IMG/VR virus record: IMGVR_UViG_3300006100_000010
Direction: 5' to 3' (one strand)
Source: a virus
Lineage: Duplodnaviria > Heunggongvirae > Uroviricota > Caudoviricetes
Length of the DNA: 64,000 nucleotides
The position numbers were made by a program, and so were the translations under genes. The notes below the pieces were generated by a model. The model was not told the DNA's origin. It ran no database searches and saw only the letters and a list, made by a program, of their open reading frames with translations. Positions 39,026 through 49,552 of this stretch are shown piece after piece. How positions within the stretch are numbered: the stretch's first letter is position 1; each line of letters starts with the position of its first letter.

Positions 39026-42000
39026 ATGCCAATCAGGATAAACCTTAAGGAGTTGTTTCCAGCAGACGCTCAGGAAATAACAGTAGACAAAATAAACTTC
39101 AACTTCAATAAGTTATTGGAATTGGGAGTAGGCGAGCCCGGACCTATTGGTAATACTGGAGGGGACGGTCCTGCCGGACCGACTGGTCTAACTGGTCCAC
39201 AGGGAATTAGAGGAAATGCCTGGTATGTTGATACTGTGACTACACCAACTTCTTTTCCCGGACAAATGGTTGGTGACTTCTACTTAAACTCAAACACTCT
39301 TGCTGTTTGGCAGTATATCGATGCAAGTCCTACACCTATCTGGCATCAACTTTTTAATATTGCTACAATAATCGATAATTATTTGGCAAGCACGCCTTCA
39401 CCTTTTAATAGAGGTTTAGATATAGGATCTCCACCTGATACTAGGTTTATCATGTTTGGACACAGAACAGATTCAGCTAACGATAATTCACAAGGTGGAA
39501 TTACGCCAAGTGCTTCCACAAATGACGTGTTGTTCTTAACTAACTTCAATGAGAGCGCGATCACTTCGGTTTTGCCAGATTCATTCTATAATTCATTACT
39601 TTCAATTGTGGTAGATCAAAAAACGGTCGGTCGTAACCACATGGAAATGGGAGTTTTATATTTAGATGGTTCTGGAAATCCAGTACTAACTACCGTAAAT
39701 GAGACCTTTAAGATGCGATTTGAAAGAGACTCAACTAGTGTACATACAGCTCACCTTGACCATCGATATAGAGAAGTATTTTCATTAGACATACCGGATG
39801 GAGGAATTACAACAAATCGTTATAACGGAGTCTTTGAATTTAGATCGCCTAAATATTTTCCAAGCCCAGCAGTATCTGACCGCTCTACTTTTGTGATAGG
39901 TTCAAGATATGGACTAGACGAATATTTTACATCCGGAACTCATATTGCAGACGGCATACTTGCATTTGACCGAACTCATTCAGCTGGAGGAAGCTTAGGT
40001 ATTGCAGGTGGATTTACAATTCCAAATTTTCCAACAATCAATACCGGATACGTTGATAACTCAACTGACCAGTCATATTTAGTGTTGGACGCAGTTGGCA
40101 ACAGCAAAGCCATTTATCTTAACGATACTACGTATCAGACTGGCGGAAACTTTGTTCAACTTGGAAACACTACGCCTAGAGCAACATCTCTAATTACTAG
40201 TACACATGCGGGTTACGGTACACATGGTGCAGCGACTTATGGTGCAGCGACTTATGGAAATACAATTTATGTAATAGGAGGAGATTCTAATTTATCCGGA
40301 GATCTTTCAACGTTTAGCGGAGATCTAAATTCATATAGCATACAGGATCCAAATAATCCATCCTCTGTAATATCAATAAATTTACCGTATTCTCCAGCAT
40401 ATTCAGGTCAACCTGTTGGTGCAGGAGTATCAGATATTGCAATTTCTGGAAAGTTTGGGTACATTGCAACAAATCAATCTTACGCATTTAGTACTCCTGG
40501 AACTCCTGTATACTTTCAAGTAGTAGAGTTTGATGCATCTACTGGATTACCAGTAGTTGTCGGTTCACTTGGCGAAACTGATATATATGGCGATGCGTAT
40601 AGACCATATGACTGTTTGTATAGAGTTAAATTAAAGGGAAATTATGCAATATTAATTACAAATGCATTACCGCATTCTTCATCACCAACTCAACTTGGAG
40701 GATCGCCGGATGGTATAGTATATGATGGTAGAATCTTACCAATTGACATTACTGATCCAACAAATCCAATATATGCAGTAAATCCTTCTTCTCCATATTA
40801 TCTATGGGCATCCGTATATCCTCATAAAATCACAGGAAGTTCAACTTCATTTATGGATCTTGATATATCAGATGATATTGCTGCAACTTTAACTTGGGAG
40901 CAGACTCTTGCTTCAACATGTGCAGTTAAGGTTTACATTTCAATATTTGACACTAGCGGACTCACCCAAAATCCTCAATCTGCAATTCAATTTAAGACCA
41001 ATTCTGCAGACTTACTAAGTGACACAGGAGTAGGTGTAACGTTATATAATAAACTAAGCAAAAAAGGAGGAATTGCAGTAAATCGAAAAAACGTTTATGC
41101 TGCATACTCAGTCTATGATGGAACTCACTGGACAGTAACATTAAGCTGCAATAGTCTTTCGGAAGACCTGGGAACAATCACTCAACTTGCAAGTCTTTCA
41201 GTATCTACAAATGCAATATTTACTGAGTGTACTCAAATAAAACAACTCGGAAACAGTATCTATCTTTGTGCTCATACTGCAAATTTAAGTGGACTTTCAT
41301 CTACTGTATTTAAAGTAGACGTATCCGATCCTTCAAATCCTACTCTAATTTGGTCAAAATCATTTCTTTCAATTCAAATTGAAAGATTTGTAATAGTTGG
41401 GAAACATATATATGGAGTAGCAAATCAGTTTGCTACAACTACACCGGTTCACTCTTATCCAGGAGGAATAGTTGCACTTGATTTTGATGGAATCTACACA
41501 GGTGGAGCACACATTGAATCTCTAAGAAGTGATGAAATTACCGTGATGAAAAACCTAAGTGTCGGTGAGCACCTAACGGTTCATAATGATGTAAATATCG
41601 GAGGAGGACTTAATGTTACTGGAGGAATGAGCGTTAGCGGAGAGGAGTTTAGCATTAGAACTCAGACTGGAACTTTTACATCCAATAATAATTCTGGATT
41701 TACTATTACTGCGCCTAGCGGTGGTGCAAGTACAAGTCTTAATATAGTTAGTCATGGTACAGGTAATTCAAACATTACATTATATAACGAATCAGATGAA
41801 ATGCTTCGCCTTAGGTCTTATCCAGCTTCAAACTATTCTGCAATTGAAACGGGTACAGGTAAGGCACTATACATAGTTCCGTCAGATGCAATAGTGCATA
41901 TAAATTCTGTACTTCAATTAAATGGACTTGCAAGTGCACCATCGTCTCCATCAGAGGGAATGATATATTATAATTCAGCTACGAAGAAAGCCTATTGCTA

Positions 42001-42031
42001 CAACGGAACCGGCTGGCAGGCTTTATTTTAA
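39026..42031 (+). CDS. tail fiber protein with an N-terminal collagen-like (G-X-Y) triple-helix repeat
   Basis: Residues around 36-66 read GEPGPIGNTGGDGPAGPTGLTGPQGIRGNAW, ten consecutive G-X-Y triplets. The C-terminal tip ...GMIYYNSATKKAYCYNGTGWQALF resembles fiber tip domains. It contains an in-frame tandem duplication GAATYGAATY. Confidence 0.6.
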   Translation: MPIRINLKELFPADAQEITVDKINFNFNKLLELGVGEPGPIGNTGGDGPAGPTGLTGPQGIRGNAWYVDTVTTPTSFPGQMVGDFYLNSNTLAVWQYIDASPTPIWHQLFNIATIIDNYLASTPSPFNRGLDIGSPPDTRFIMFGHRTDSANDNSQGGITPSASTNDVLFLTNFNESAITSVLPDSFYNSLLSIVVDQKTVGRNHMEMGVLYLDGSGNPVLTTVNETFKMRFERDSTSVHTAHLDHRYREVFSLDIPDGGITTNRYNGVFEFRSPKYFPSPAVSDRSTFVIGSRYGLDEYFTSGTHIADGILAFDRTHSAGGSLGIAGGFTIPNFPTINTGYVDNSTDQSYLVLDAVGNSKAIYLNDTTYQTGGNFVQLGNTTPRATSLITSTHAGYGTHGAATYGAATYGNTIYVIGGDSNLSGDLSTFSGDLNSYSIQDPNNPSSVISINLPYSPAYSGQPVGAGVSDIAISGKFGYIATNQSYAFSTPGTPVYFQVVEFDASTGLPVVVGSLGETDIYGDAYRPYDCLYRVKLKGNYAILITNALPHSSSPTQLGGSPDGIVYDGRILPIDITDPTNPIYAVNPSSPYYLWASVYPHKITGSSTSFMDLDISDDIAATLTWEQTLASTCAVKVYISIFDTSGLTQNPQSAIQFKTNSADLLSDTGVGVTLYNKLSKKGGIAVNRKNVYAAYSVYDGTHWTVTLSCNSLSEDLGTITQLASLSVSTNAIFTECTQIKQLGNSIYLCAHTANLSGLSSTVFKVDVSDPSNPTLIWSKSFLSIQIERFVIVGKHIYGVANQFATTTPVHSYPGGIVALDFDGIYTGGAHIESLRSDEITVMKNLSVGEHLTVHNDVNIGGGLNVTGGMSVSGEEFSIRTQTGTFTSNNNSGFTITAPSGGASTSLNIVSHGTGNSNITLYNESDEMLRLRSYPASNYSAIETGTGKALYIVPSDAIVHINSVLQLNGLASAPSSPSEGMIYYNSATKKAYCYNGTGWQALF
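40226..40255 (+). repeat. perfect 15-nt tandem duplication (ggtgcagcgacttat x2) inside the tail fiber gene
   Basis: Direct reading of the sequence at 40226-40240 and 40241-40255. It encodes GAATY-GAATY in frame. Confidence 0.8.
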
Positions 42032-42996
42032 TTAGCTATCTTTTTAGCTAAATTTTTCCACAGCTTTACTGCTTGTTCGTGAATGTATGGGGTAAAAAAC
42101 TTAAGGGTATCAAGTAAGCTTGAACCCTTTTTTAATTGTAGGACTTTGGGATCCTTGTGCATTCGCTTAGCGTGTGCTGCACGGTTATAGATGTCAACAA
42201 AAAACTCACCAAAGTTATTGTCAATATACCCAGCATACGGTTTACCCTCTATGTCAGACATGATCATCTCATGAAACTCATACGGATCAAATATCTTACC
42301 GGTATCTGCCCATTGCGTTCCTGGGTATTTTTGAAATTCGCTACGATCAGCAAAGGATTCCCTTTCACCGGAGATTGCAGCGATCTCAACATCAGTTAGC
42401 ACATAGAGCAAATTAAAAAAGAGTCGCAGAGCTGCCGACTCTTGGTACACATCAAACCTTTTTGCGATATTCGGTACTACACCAAGTCGATATCCCTTAG
42501 CAAAGTTGGGATCCTTATAGTCATTGAATGCATGAGTAAACTCGTGTCGAAATATGTCGCTCATTATTTGGTCAGCATACTCACGATTAAAAGTGAGACC
42601 TTCATATGGGACAACGATCTTACACAAAATGTTAAGATTCACCTTCTCTCCTTTGCCCTTAACCAAATTATACTTATTGTAGTTTCTTTGGTACGATGCA
42701 GAGTGACTCATGAACTGCTCCTTTTTCATCGCTGAGATTCTAAACTTAACTATTATCTCATCAATCGGAAAGGACTCTGCTACCTCTGGTGAAACAAGAG
42801 AAGCCGCGTTAGGTATCTCAATGTCTTCTGAGTAATTTACAAACCTCTTTTTAAAATTGAAAGCTAAATATTTGTCAAGAGTCTCGTCTACCTTTTTCTT
42901 TACCAGTAGAGCATACTCATTTGCTGAGCTAGAGAATCCCCTAGCTTCATTTATGAACTCGTTAAAGTTTGTGTGTGCATTATGTGATCCAATCAT
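42028..42996 (-). CDS. putative zinc metallopeptidase (HExxH)
   Basis: 322 aa containing FRHEFTHAFNDY (H-E-x-x-H). No other family assignment. It lies on the opposite strand, inside the structural region. Confidence 0.4.
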   Translation of the reverse strand: MIGSHNAHTNFNEFINEARGFSSSANEYALLVKKKVDETLDKYLAFNFKKRFVNYSEDIEIPNAASLVSPEVAESFPIDEIIVKFRISAMKKEQFMSHSASYQRNYNKYNLVKGKGEKVNLNILCKIVVPYEGLTFNREYADQIMSDIFRHEFTHAFNDYKDPNFAKGYRLGVVPNIAKRFDVYQESAALRLFFNLLYVLTDVEIAAISGERESFADRSEFQKYPGTQWADTGKIFDPYEFHEMIMSDIEGKPYAGYIDNNFGEFFVDIYNRAAHAKRMHKDPKVLQLKKGSSLLDTLKFFTPYIHEQAVKLWKNLAKKIAN

Positions 42997-43786
42997 TTAG
43001 TGTAAACGGCATTAATTTTTCGATCATCAACAGAGAATAGAGCTCTGTGATTATTTCTGGAGAAAAGTCCATGTCGGACTTAGCAATTCCTCGGTTTAAA
43101 AGTATAACGTCTTTGACTGACTTTGCAACCTTCCTCTCGTCTTCATCGTTTTCAATTATTGCAAATATGACGTTACGTTTACCGTTCATGCTTGCAAACT
43201 TTGGATCGTTGAGTTTTTCAATTTCATCTCGAATAACATTTTCCCTAAGATTAGGCACTTCAAGCGACTTTACCTTGGTGAAAGAATATCCAAAATCCCT
43301 CTTCTTGTCTTCGGCAAACTTCCAGATCTTATAAGTAGCCTTACCTGAATGGTTTATTACCAGGAATATCTCAGGTTCCACCTGGATCCTTTTGTTTAGG
43401 TGAAATATCTTTACCTTACTTAGAATGTCGATGTGAATCTTCATATACTCAAGTATCATGCTCAAGAACATGTAATTGGCATTCTTAAATATTTCAGCAA
43501 CATCAACTGGCATCGAATAGATCTTCTGCAATTCGCTCCTTATTTCCATGATCCTAGGCTCTTCCCAAACCGATTTGAATTTTGGAGTAAACAGCTTTCC
43601 GTTCACTGCAAGGTTGTTGAGATTCAGACTGTGAAACATGACCTCGTAGAACCTGTCAATATTGTCATCGTCTATCTCCTTTTTATACTTTTGACTTGCA
43701 TCAAGTAGGACATACGTAAAATACTCAGAGTCAAGGTAGCTGCCTTGGGTTATCCACATCGGATCTAAAATAAAATTGCTTTTCAA
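42980..43786 (-). CDS. hypothetical protein
   Basis: 268-aa ORF. It overlaps the downstream metallopeptidase gene by 17 nt, which suggests co-transcription. Confidence 0.4.
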   Translation of the reverse strand: MKSNFILDPMWITQGSYLDSEYFTYVLLDASQKYKKEIDDDNIDRFYEVMFHSLNLNNLAVNGKLFTPKFKSVWEEPRIMEIRSELQKIYSMPVDVAEIFKNANYMFLSMILEYMKIHIDILSKVKIFHLNKRIQVEPEIFLVINHSGKATYKIWKFAEDKKRDFGYSFTKVKSLEVPNLRENVIRDEIEKLNDPKFASMNGKRNVIFAIIENDEDERKVAKSVKDVILLNRGIAKSDMDFSPEIITELYSLLMIEKLMPFTLNDWIT

Positions 43787-43882
43787 ACGTTCCTTCTTTT
43801 TATTATTTATTTTACTACGCGAGCGATCCTAGTTTAATCCAATCTTTCAAATAAATAAAATAAATACTAGCCCAAGGTTTAC

Positions 43883-46027
43883 ATGGCAAAAATTACAGTA
43901 AAACTGCTTATCGATCCTCAAAAGAACTCTCTATCATTTAATGGTAACTTTAGGATATTTTCAACCAGTGAACCTGTGGTTGGAATAACTGAATTTACCG
44001 ACTACTTAGAAGATCTCATCATACATTCACCTTCCCTACTTGACTTAACCTACTTAAAGAGGTACTTTAGGTATTCCAGAAACAGACTGGACTGGTCACT
44101 ATGGTATGAGGTCTCTCCTGGAAATCTTGGAGATGCTGGCAGCATCTTTCTTGAAAAGAATGAAAAGTACTACTTTGAGGTAAAATACGAGTATGATAAT
44201 GGAACCCGATCAGAAATGGCAAGCGTGATCAACGTGAATGAGATAAAGCTTAGGTTCACTGCTGCGGTTTCTGTTGCAAATACGTTCACGCCGGTCACTC
44301 TCTGTTCTGCAGAGTCCTGTAACTCAATAATCACCAATCAGAATCCAACATTTAGACCGTACGAGGTAAACAGTGCAATAGGTCTTTACAGGGATCTTTC
44401 GTACTATACTAACCAGATATATGGACACCAAGTTGTCTATTTTAGAACGATGCCAGACGTTTCCAGCGGTGACTACATATTTAAGGAGTGGACTTTATAT
44501 GAGAATGTTGACAGAAAGTGTATTAAGATACTTGTTCCCAAGAACGCCTTTCCAAGCAACATGCCAAAGTATTCAGAATTTGGGATAGATTTTGTCGTTC
44601 CCTTTGAGGTTCACATCGATCATAGGTATTTTCAGTCTATTTTTGGTGCGGACTCTGAACCTAGAAAAAGAGACTTTCTCTACTTTCCATTAATCAATCG
44701 TATGTTTGAGATCCAAGGATCCTACTTGCATAGAGGATTTATGATGAGTCCTACTTTTTGGAAAATCCAGCTTAAGAAGTACAACCCAAATATCGATATG
44801 CTGCTTAAAGACACAACTCGCCAGTTTCTTGATAATGTGATACTTAGCGCCGAGACCCTATTTTCAGGAGAGGTTGAAAAGGACATAAAGAACGGTACGA
44901 TGCCCGATCAATACAAAACAATCTCAACGACATTTGATGCATCTCGCAAAACGATACATCCAGATCTAATCACCCGACCTCTAAAGTATACTTACAATTT
45001 TGCAAGCCTTATCGAGAACTATTATGATTTGAGCACAGTTGCCTCAAGCGAATTGGCATTTAAAGTCCATCCGGATTCTCCAGCTCTAACTACAACACAG
45101 CTGGTTGAAAATCTTGATAGTTTGAATCCAAACCTAATAAAAAAGAATGATGTCGTGATCGGCTATCACGGCAGTGACATCTATACTGCTTGGAAAAATG
45201 GAGCGCTGCTCACAGGCGATAAGAACTACAAGAGCACAAGCTCTCTATTTAGTAGAGTGAGAGGGCCGTTTGACACAATTCCAAATCACATAGGCCAGTC
45301 GGACACCGGTCGATACATACGGGTTGAAGCCTATCGTGATCTTACATTTACCGATCAGCGTGACGTGCTAATCGATACTGTAGGCGGAGACGATTTTGCA
45401 AGGTTTAAGGTAAAGCAAACAGCAGTCACCTATTCAGCTCAACCCAAGTTTGATGAAGTGAGCGCACAAAACCTATCTTACACTTGTCTATTTAACCTAC
45501 AGCCATCAGTTGACTCGGTTTATTTCATCAATGGATTTGACAGTGAGTCGCAGAGCGGAATAATAATTAGCGGACAGTTTACCAAAAATTCTGGAAGTCA
45601 AACCGTCGGTACCTTAGTGCTCACTGTGACCCTAAATTCACAAGTCCTTACTTACTCAATTGCAAACATAACTCTAGGTTCTTGGTACTCTCTAGTAGTG
45701 TCAGTTTCTAATGAGTTTAGACAATGTGGAGTCTACGTCTATTCAATTATGGAAGACCCATCTGACATCACTAATCACAATGCCTTGAGTCGTGTTTTTG
45801 CAAGCGCATCTTCGCTGACTCCAGTAACATTCAATATCTCACAATATTATACGCTACCTACTTCAAACATGTGGATCGCAAATATTCGAGTATTCAACAC
45901 GATGATCAAGGAAGAGCAACATGAGTTTATCATAAGTCAACAGTTCATAAAAGACGAGTCACTACTTGTTCTTATCGATAACTGTAGACAACAGATCAAC
46001 TTGCCTTACATCGCAAAAAATAGATAA
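43883..46027 (+). CDS. candidate contractile tail sheath protein
   Basis: 714 aa, immediately upstream of a tube-fold protein gene (conserved myovirus sheath-tube order). The size is comparable to T4 gp18. I verified no diagnostic motif, so this rests on position and size only. Confidence 0.3.
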   Translation: MAKITVKLLIDPQKNSLSFNGNFRIFSTSEPVVGITEFTDYLEDLIIHSPSLLDLTYLKRYFRYSRNRLDWSLWYEVSPGNLGDAGSIFLEKNEKYYFEVKYEYDNGTRSEMASVINVNEIKLRFTAAVSVANTFTPVTLCSAESCNSIITNQNPTFRPYEVNSAIGLYRDLSYYTNQIYGHQVVYFRTMPDVSSGDYIFKEWTLYENVDRKCIKILVPKNAFPSNMPKYSEFGIDFVVPFEVHIDHRYFQSIFGADSEPRKRDFLYFPLINRMFEIQGSYLHRGFMMSPTFWKIQLKKYNPNIDMLLKDTTRQFLDNVILSAETLFSGEVEKDIKNGTMPDQYKTISTTFDASRKTIHPDLITRPLKYTYNFASLIENYYDLSTVASSELAFKVHPDSPALTTTQLVENLDSLNPNLIKKNDVVIGYHGSDIYTAWKNGALLTGDKNYKSTSSLFSRVRGPFDTIPNHIGQSDTGRYIRVEAYRDLTFTDQRDVLIDTVGGDDFARFKVKQTAVTYSAQPKFDEVSAQNLSYTCLFNLQPSVDSVYFINGFDSESQSGIIISGQFTKNSGSQTVGTLVLTVTLNSQVLTYSIANITLGSWYSLVVSVSNEFRQCGVYVYSIMEDPSDITNHNALSRVFASASSLTPVTFNISQYYTLPTSNMWIANIRVFNTMIKEEQHEFIISQQFIKDESLLVLIDNCRQQINLPYIAKNR

Positions 46028-46030
46028 TCA

Positions 46031-46819
46031 ATGCAGAATAACAACCAGGAGAACATCATCAATCGTAACGTTGACGACATATTTGTTAGAAATGCCACGC
46101 TTTCAGTATTGGACCTCCTAAATCGTCAGGTAATAATTGACCTAAAGAGAAATGATACAGTAGAAAAACATGAAGTTCCGTTCTTCTATAATTTTTCAGG
46201 AGATGAAGGATTTATGAAGGACTTTTTCATAGACATTCCAAGTGATTGTAAGTACCCAAGAGCCGCTGAAGGAAATTACGAAGTGTTACCTCGCGGAATA
46301 GTGACCCTAAGTTCTTTTGCAATAAGACCAGGGGACGTTACCAATAAATTTGTCAGAGGGTCATTTAATCAGGAAACCCGAGATGTGAATGATCAAAAGC
46401 AATTATTAGCTTATTCTTCAAGACTATTTGCTCTACCTATCACCTTAAAATACACTCTTAAGATTGAGAGCGATAACCTAAATAAGACTTTCAAGATACT
46501 TGAAAAGATCTTTGATTTTTACTATAAGAATCAGGTGAGATACTTTCAATTTAGAGGAACCAGAATACCCGGACAGATAACTTTTCCAGACACTGCTGAG
46601 TTTCAAAAGCAGTATAATTTTGACTATACGACTGACAATAAAGTTTTTATCACACTGTCACTGGATTTTGAAACATATTTCCCTAGCTTTGACGATTATT
46701 CTACCAGATTTAAAGGAAATACCATCAAGCAATTTAATCACAGAGAAAAGATTGCAGGTTCAGAATTTGTGATAAGCGATACTTTTGTGGATCAGGATTT
46801 TCCACCTAGCGAAATATAA
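46031..46819 (+). CDS. candidate tail tube protein (Hcp/gp19-like fold)
   Basis: The N-terminus NVDDIFVRNATLSVL and the C-terminal strand ...KVFITLSLDFETYF resemble the T4 gp19 termini (MFVDDV... and ...FEVTLALDYWE, as I recall them). The gene follows the sheath candidate. Confidence 0.35.
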   Translation: MQNNNQENIINRNVDDIFVRNATLSVLDLLNRQVIIDLKRNDTVEKHEVPFFYNFSGDEGFMKDFFIDIPSDCKYPRAAEGNYEVLPRGIVTLSSFAIRPGDVTNKFVRGSFNQETRDVNDQKQLLAYSSRLFALPITLKYTLKIESDNLNKTFKILEKIFDFYYKNQVRYFQFRGTRIPGQITFPDTAEFQKQYNFDYTTDNKVFITLSLDFETYFPSFDDYSTRFKGNTIKQFNHREKIAGSEFVISDTFVDQDFPPSEI

Positions 46820-46833
46820 AATAAATAATACTA

Positions 46834-47403
46834 ATGGAAGCACGAGTAAAAAGTTTTTCACAGTTTGTGAATGAATCAAGTCAGGCATCAGACAGCCTGG
46901 AATATCACGTATCTAAGGGCGTATCAATTGCAGAATCAGTTTTTAGACCGGGCAGCGACGCTCACGTGAGACTTCTAGTCGAAGCCAGAGAGCTATATGA
47001 AGCTGGCCAATTGGCCCTAAATGAGTTGGATGCCTCGCTATTTGAAGAGACTGATCTTGGTAAGATTGGTCTATATGAAGGTCAGATTGTGCCATTAGAC
47101 ATGGTGCTAGAAGCCGAATATCATGGAAAGTCAGTTGAGCTTGGAAAACCAATGAGAGGTGGAGCCAAGAAATACCATGTCTTTGTGATGAATCCCAAAA
47201 CCAAGAAGGTGAAACAAATATCCTTCGGCGATGTTCATGGAGGACTCACAGCAAAAGTATCGAATCCTAAAGCTAGAAAGTCATTTGCCGCAAGGCACAA
47301 TTGCGCACAAAAGACTGATCGTATGACTGCTGGTTACTGGGCATGTCGAATAAATCGTTACGCTCACCTTTGGGGTGGAAAAACTTATCCAGGATACTGG
47401 TAA
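46834..47403 (+). CDS. hypothetical protein
   Basis: 189-aa ORF in the late array. Confidence 0.4.
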   Translation: MEARVKSFSQFVNESSQASDSLEYHVSKGVSIAESVFRPGSDAHVRLLVEARELYEAGQLALNELDASLFEETDLGKIGLYEGQIVPLDMVLEAEYHGKSVELGKPMRGGAKKYHVFVMNPKTKKVKQISFGDVHGGLTAKVSNPKARKSFAARHNCAQKTDRMTAGYWACRINRYAHLWGGKTYPGYW

Positions 47404-47416
47404 AATATAAAATGCT

Positions 47417-48232
47417 ATGAAATATCTAAAACCATATGAAATATTTGAATCGAATTTCTACAGCGGTGTCAATGAAGAGAAAATTGTAAAATATCTACAA
47501 ACTAAATTGGATTTCATTACTGGAAAATCTACTCAGGACGTGAATTTATCCAGTTTGATTTACAATTTTATTATGAGATCTAGCGGCAAAGAAAATAAAA
47601 CTCTTGAAGATTTTGCTAAAAAAACAAAAAACGGATTTGATAATATTATCAATAGCTTACTAAATTACAAAGAAAATCCAATTTTAAAATTTTATCCAAA
47701 TCCAGATAGAGAAAATATGCAGTGGTTGGAAGCAAAGTTCAATAGATCAGGAACTAAACAGGAAAAGACATATAACTACTACATTACTTTTAATCAAACC
47801 CCGGAAAATTTAGTTAAATTTTTCAATTCAATTTCTAAGTTAATAACTAAATTTTACAAATACTGTCAATCAAATAGAAACTTTGAGTGTGGATTCAAAT
47901 TTGGATCAGATTCAAGCTACTACACAATCGAAAAAGATCATCTTAAATTCTATTACTATAATATCAAAAATAAAGAAGAATTATTAAAACTGATAGATGA
48001 ATGGCTAAGCGAAAATAATATTCTTACGGAAAAAAGACCATATGATCACGCAATAGATTCAAAAGACTCTTCAGGAAAAAAGACTTCATTTGGTGACATT
48101 GCATCACAAACTATAGCCAAAGATTTGGAAAAGTTAATGATGACACATAAGGATAAGTTTACCGTCAAACAGTATTTTGATTGGTTGATAAAGTATATGT
48201 CAGAAGTAAAATATAACATCGTTGAAAAGTGA
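47417..48232 (+). CDS. hypothetical protein
   Basis: 271-aa ORF. It is Lys/Asn/Tyr-rich. Confidence 0.4.
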   Translation: MKYLKPYEIFESNFYSGVNEEKIVKYLQTKLDFITGKSTQDVNLSSLIYNFIMRSSGKENKTLEDFAKKTKNGFDNIINSLLNYKENPILKFYPNPDRENMQWLEAKFNRSGTKQEKTYNYYITFNQTPENLVKFFNSISKLITKFYKYCQSNRNFECGFKFGSDSSYYTIEKDHLKFYYYNIKNKEELLKLIDEWLSENNILTEKRPYDHAIDSKDSSGKKTSFGDIASQTIAKDLEKLMMTHKDKFTVKQYFDWLIKYMSEVKYNIVEK

Positions 48233-48492
48233 AGCTACCATTTCAAGAAATAAAGGTGTCAGATGCAACCGTGATTCGAACTTTTAAGCAGGAAACTGAC
48301 TCAGAAGATTTTATGTGGCATCGTGACCTTAGTGATAGACATGTAATTGCCATCTCAAAGACTGACTGGCAAATCCAGTTGGACAATAAATTGCCTGAGA
48401 CATTGTCCCAGGTCTTTATTCCAAAGGGAGAGTGGCATAGGATAATAAAAGGCACTGGAGATCTTACTATTAAAATAATCGAGACATCGTAA
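48229..48492 (+). CDS. hypothetical small protein
   Basis: 87-aa ORF with 4-nt overlaps on both sides (ATGA-type coupling). Confidence 0.35.
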   Translation: MKLPFQEIKVSDATVIRTFKQETDSEDFMWHRDLSDRHVIAISKTDWQIQLDNKLPETLSQVFIPKGEWHRIIKGTGDLTIKIIETS

Positions 48493-49007
48493 TGAAACAA
48501 GTTTTAAATTTTACCGATTGGGCAAAGCAGAAGGGTGAGCTCTCAGAAAAGGTAAACCCGGCATACCTAACAAAAGATGCTGCTACTATGCGTAGCGAAA
48601 TCAAGAAAAATGCAAAGAAAAAAGACAGCGATTCGACTGCATACACAAGTCATCCAGACGGTGGATGGAAAGCTGACTATTCAAAGTCTGGAAAGAGGTA
48701 TAAGACCAAACCAAGCAAATACACTCTAGCTTATAGAAAAAAGTTTGAAAGCTATGTTGTGCCACTTGCTTTATTTGAAAACGAGACAGCTCTTAAAAAT
48801 AAAGCAAAAAGCAGCGGAATTCCATTGGGAATCCTAAGGACCGTATACAAAAAAGGTATGGCTGCTTGGAAGACTGGACACCGTCCTGGCGTAGCACAGC
48901 AGCAGTGGGCCATGGCCAGAGTAAATTCTTTTATCGTGGGTGGCAAGACTACTAAAAAGGCCGATAAATCACTTTGGCAGAGAGCAAAAAAAGCTAAACA
49001 CAAGTAA
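48492..49007 (+). CDS. hypothetical highly basic protein
   Basis: 171 aa and very Lys-rich, with a conserved-looking core ...[39 protein letters not shown]... Confidence 0.4.
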   Translation: MKQVLNFTDWAKQKGELSEKVNPAYLTKDAATMRSEIKKNAKKKDSDSTAYTSHPDGGWKADYSKSGKRYKTKPSKYTLAYRKKFESYVVPLALFENETALKNKAKSSGIPLGILRTVYKKGMAAWKTGHRPGVAQQQWAMARVNSFIVGGKTTKKADKSLWQRAKKAKHK

Positions 49008-49552
49008 TGTTATTAAACGTAAGACAGAACGGATTCGTACTTCTATTTCCGCCGGATTTCTTTTCCCCAGCGATCATGGAAAAGTACAAGTCGTATTATC
49101 AGAGCCTTATTTTACCATATGATAAAGTGGAAGACTTTATGTCATCTACCATACAGAGCATCAATTTTCCTGGATGGAGAATGAGTCCAGCACAGCAGAC
49201 GCGAATCTATGGTAAGAAGCAGGATTTTAAAAACTCAGTGCCTATTGCCGATGATTTTGAGCGTGAGCTGACCGTCACTTTTAAATTGACTGACGCCTAC
49301 CTTAACTACTTTATCTTTCTAGAGAACGCACTTTCATACCTTGATTTTAATAATAAAGTCCAGACATTTTCACCTATTCGACTTGTGCTGATGGACAACC
49401 AAGGATACTCAGTAGCCTCGGTGATTTTCAATAAACCGATCCTTAAAGAACAGGACGGATTCCGACTCTCATACAGCGCAAACACGCCAGAATTCAAGAC
49501 GTTTCAGGCAAAATTCACCTATTTTGATCTTAAGTTTGAAGTAGATTTTTAA
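49007..49552 (+). CDS. second tail-tube-fold protein (tube initiator/terminator candidate)
   Basis: 181 aa. The C-terminal alternating hydrophobic strand ...[19 protein letters not shown] is like the tube/Hcp C-terminal strand. An internal ...[12 protein letters not shown] segment also fits the fold. Confidence 0.3.
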   Translation: MLLNVRQNGFVLLFPPDFFSPAIMEKYKSYYQSLILPYDKVEDFMSSTIQSINFPGWRMSPAQQTRIYGKKQDFKNSVPIADDFERELTVTFKLTDAYLNYFIFLENALSYLDFNNKVQTFSPIRLVLMDNQGYSVASVIFNKPILKEQDGFRLSYSANTPEFKTFQAKFTYFDLKFEVDF

